The notes beneath the pieces are model-generated. The model did not search any database. It saw only the letters and a program-made list of their open reading frames with translations, and was not told the DNA's origin. From Azolla caroliniana (lineage: Eukaryota; Plantae; Polypodiophyta), in assembly GCA_043228905.1 (NCBI GenBank), contig JBHGNT010000022.1:4650001-4714000 (forward strand): a stretch of 64,000 nucleotides of DNA, written 5' to 3'. Positions within the stretch are counted from its first letter, which is position 1, and each line of letters begins with the position of its first letter. Shown here piece by piece: positions 61,208-64,000 of the stretch. A program made the translations under genes and the position numbers.

Positions 61208-64000
61208 ATGACATCTTCGTCAAACACCCAAGCTGATGAAGTGGAAGAGTTGGTGGCTATTGTTAAGCATATGATGAGAGCTCGAGATAATGATGCAAGC
61301 TTAGACAAGGCCATCGACCGAACCGTTGAGATAGCGGGCCAATTTGGTGGAAGAAACATTACGGATTTTCTTGCTACGTACAAGACAGAGATGCAACAAC
61401 GTGATGCCATTGAAGAGAAGCAAATATCAAGCTTTAAGCGTGTCATAGTTATTGGGTTACAATGTTGTATAAGGGAGATTCAAGCCGCCCAAACAACATG
61501 GGTGGGATTTGAAAGGGCGCTTTTGGCTGAATATATGCTTGAAGATGTGTCGAGGATGACTCGTCATACGTTGATGAAGTGGATCGAGAAGAAGGGAAAG
61601 AATATGAACACATCGGGAGTGTACACCGAATTTGAACAAATGTACAACCGTCTCCCGAGAACCGACCAAACACTTCTCGAAGGAGATAAAGTTTTGTACT
61701 TCTTAAAGGCTGTGGATGCAAAAGATTGAAGAGAACTAGGTAGTCTATTAGAGGAAGAAGCACAACCCAATGGTCTCATAACGGATTGGGTTGCAGTAAG
61801 AAGAGCATGTGATCGATTTGATAAATGTCGTCGATGGCTAGATGATTCCGACATGGCGGGCCTGGTAGTCCAAAGAAGGAAGGCTCCAATAGCAATTGAG
61901 ATGACAAAGCAAAGCGAGCCGACCGAAAGAGCGATGGAGAACTCTGTCATTGAAGAGTTGGCATGAAAATTCGAAGCAGTTTCATTAGCTAATATGAGTG
62001 GTAGAGGGCCCAAGGGGAAAGACCCATATAGATGTGTATGGTGTGATAGTGTAGATCATGCAAGGAAAGATTGTGCTAGCCGTCAAGAGGCAATTCGACA
62101 AAACCTCGTCTACATGGAAGGCAACATTATACACTAAAGTGAGACTCGAAAGCCCTTGCAAGTGAATTTTGGTAGGGGGGGTCTAAAGAAAATCATAGAT
62201 GAGGCCGATGCGAGCCATGTTGAAGCTATACACTATGCCACATCCGCCGGTATAAGAATTAGGAAGGAGAAGCTTGGAATGATTAAACCGGAATGGGGTT
62301 TTGGCTGACCGTCCTCGAATGGGAAAGAAAAAGGAAGATTAATTCGGATAATGCAAAGCTAGCCAACCTTCAAGTACGAGACCTTACCGGGTGGGCGGAT
62401 CCGGTTGATAACAACATGATCTCAGCAAAGGTCATATGCGAAACCCACGAAGTGTTTGTGGATGAGAAACGGAAGATGACGGATCTAGATGAAGACCCTT
62501 CTAAGAAACAGGACACAAGAAGATTTAAGAAGTAGGAAGAGATGATCAAGACCACACGTCAAGAAGATGGAAGGTCAAACAAGAGAGCCGAGGAACCAAC
62601 TCAACCCATTGAAGAGAATGCCAAGAAGGGGAAGGATAGATCGATGAAAACATACAAATTAAGGTCGGATATTGAACAAACAACTAACTTAAGAAAGGTT
62701 CTTGAAGAAAGAGTGCTCGATAGCCGTATTGACCTTACATTGAGAGAACTACTTGGAATTGCAAAGAAGGAGTTCCATGAGACCATCGTCGATCTTATCA
62801 AACCTAAAAGACAACCAACGGATGAGGAAGAGAGAATTTCGACAAAGGTGACAACCAATGCCATAACTATGTCAAGAATGGAAGAGAATGAAGAAGATCT
62901 AGTTGACAATCATTATGCACGACCCCATTGGACGAGAGCGACAACGGAAACTCCGGGGAAGATTGGAGAGAAGAAAGAGAAGGTTGTGGCTCTTATAGAC
63001 CACAAATCAGAGATTAACCTCATGTCGACGGATTTCTAGAAGAAGGGAAAATGGCCAATCAACACAAACCATGGATGGAAGATTCGGTGATTCTTAGGCA
63101 ACCCTACATAACATCATCAAGGATGGAGACTAAGTGTTCGATAGTGGAACAACATGGTGAAGAGTCTTGATGGTCAAAAATCGGTTCAATTCTTGATAGT
63201 GCGAGCTAATCATGAGAGGAACCGAGATAGCCTCAGAGATGAGGCCTCGGATTTTTAACACGGACTATTGAAGAATGGGGCAAAGATAGTCGGAGAAAAA
63301 GTAAGTCCCCGAAAAGAAGAAAGAAGCAAGAAGGGCAACTATATTTAGCACCTAATGGTGTGTGTGGGATGACTACACTCGATGAGAGAGAGAAGCGCCA
63401 AGTTCAAAACTTTGAACATTGGCTAAACGAACAAGGAATATTAGAAGAAGAAGACAACATATAATGGGTCATGGATGAAGCCTCATTTAACGATACAATC
63501 GGAGAAATAGAGAGTATCGTGGACTAGAGCCTTCATGAGCAACATACGATTCAAGTAAACTTCATCAACATGTATACGCCATCGACGAATGCCGACGAGG
63601 GGTCATGGAGGAGTTGGTCAAAGTAAACACAAAATATAAATCAGTAGATAAGAAGGTCAAGCCAGTACCTATTCCGTTACCGGAGGATAGTTGGCAAAGG
63701 ATGAAAGAAGTTATCAAGGATCCAAGTCTCAGAGACCCAAAAGGGATAGGCCATACCTTCACCGACGAATCAAGAGGGAAACTCCAAGTCGGGACAGATG
63801 TCTTCCTTCTCCCTGAAGAAGAAGAAAGGTTTCGGATGATGCGTGAGAGACATGGGAAAGCCTTCACCTTCTCTCCACAAGAAATCGGATGTGCCAATCC
63901 GAAGATGATAGAGCCGATGGTGATATTTACGGTGCCGCATGTACCTTGGAACCTCAAGCCAATACCAGTTCCAAGAGCTCACATTCAGAAGTTGATTGAG
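61208..64000 (+). pseudogene. gag-pol: X3 gag, protease and RT N-terminus, decayed
   Basis: ORFs 61208-61729, 62293-62535 and 62542-63039 plus downstream fragments. Confidence 0.82.

Larger units (their letters stand above)
57340..64000 (+). mobile_element. Gypsy element X3: very long 5' LTR (57340-61137), PBS-Trp (61146-61161) and decayed gag-PR-RT start; runs off the window
   Basis: TGTCGTGA...TCACGACA ends and a TGGTGAACTTGACCTG PBS. Contains a Gag knuckle, ALIDHKSEINLM and IEPMVIFTVPHVPWNLKPIP. Confidence 0.82.

Overview
This is eukaryotic, plant-type DNA, probably from a moss or other bryophyte (inferred from the retroelement types and the plant tRNA-type primer sites). I found no host gene. 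Almost the whole 64 kb is one nest of LTR retrotransposons up to five layers deep, resolved by target-site duplications (TSDs). It contains Ty1/Copia elements C1-C4 plus two LTR fragments. It has three copies of a non-chromovirus Ty3/Gypsy family (G-A, G-B, G-C) with an FLDD-type RT, three zinc knuckles and a large extra coiled-coil ORF after pol. It also has a tRNA-Trp-primed Gypsy clade with TGTCG...CGACA ends (X1-X3, solo LTRs, and a young gag-only non-autonomous element S), and one hAT-type MITE. Four observations stand out. (1) All three G elements lack a polypurine tract (PPT); in its place, 2 nt before the 3' LTR, is a conserved copy of a tRNA 3' end including CCA. This reads as a second, inverted primer-binding site (PBS) and suggests tRNA or tRNA-mimic priming of the plus strand. 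(2) All seven insertions of the TGTCG clade sit in a 4-bp NCGN target. (3) The LTRs of family S carry an antisense tRNA-like Pol III unit. (4) S encodes an intact Gag fused to acidic, basic and Trp-rich blocks. Coordinates were read by eye, and tRNA identities come from remembered plant tRNA sequences and need checking.
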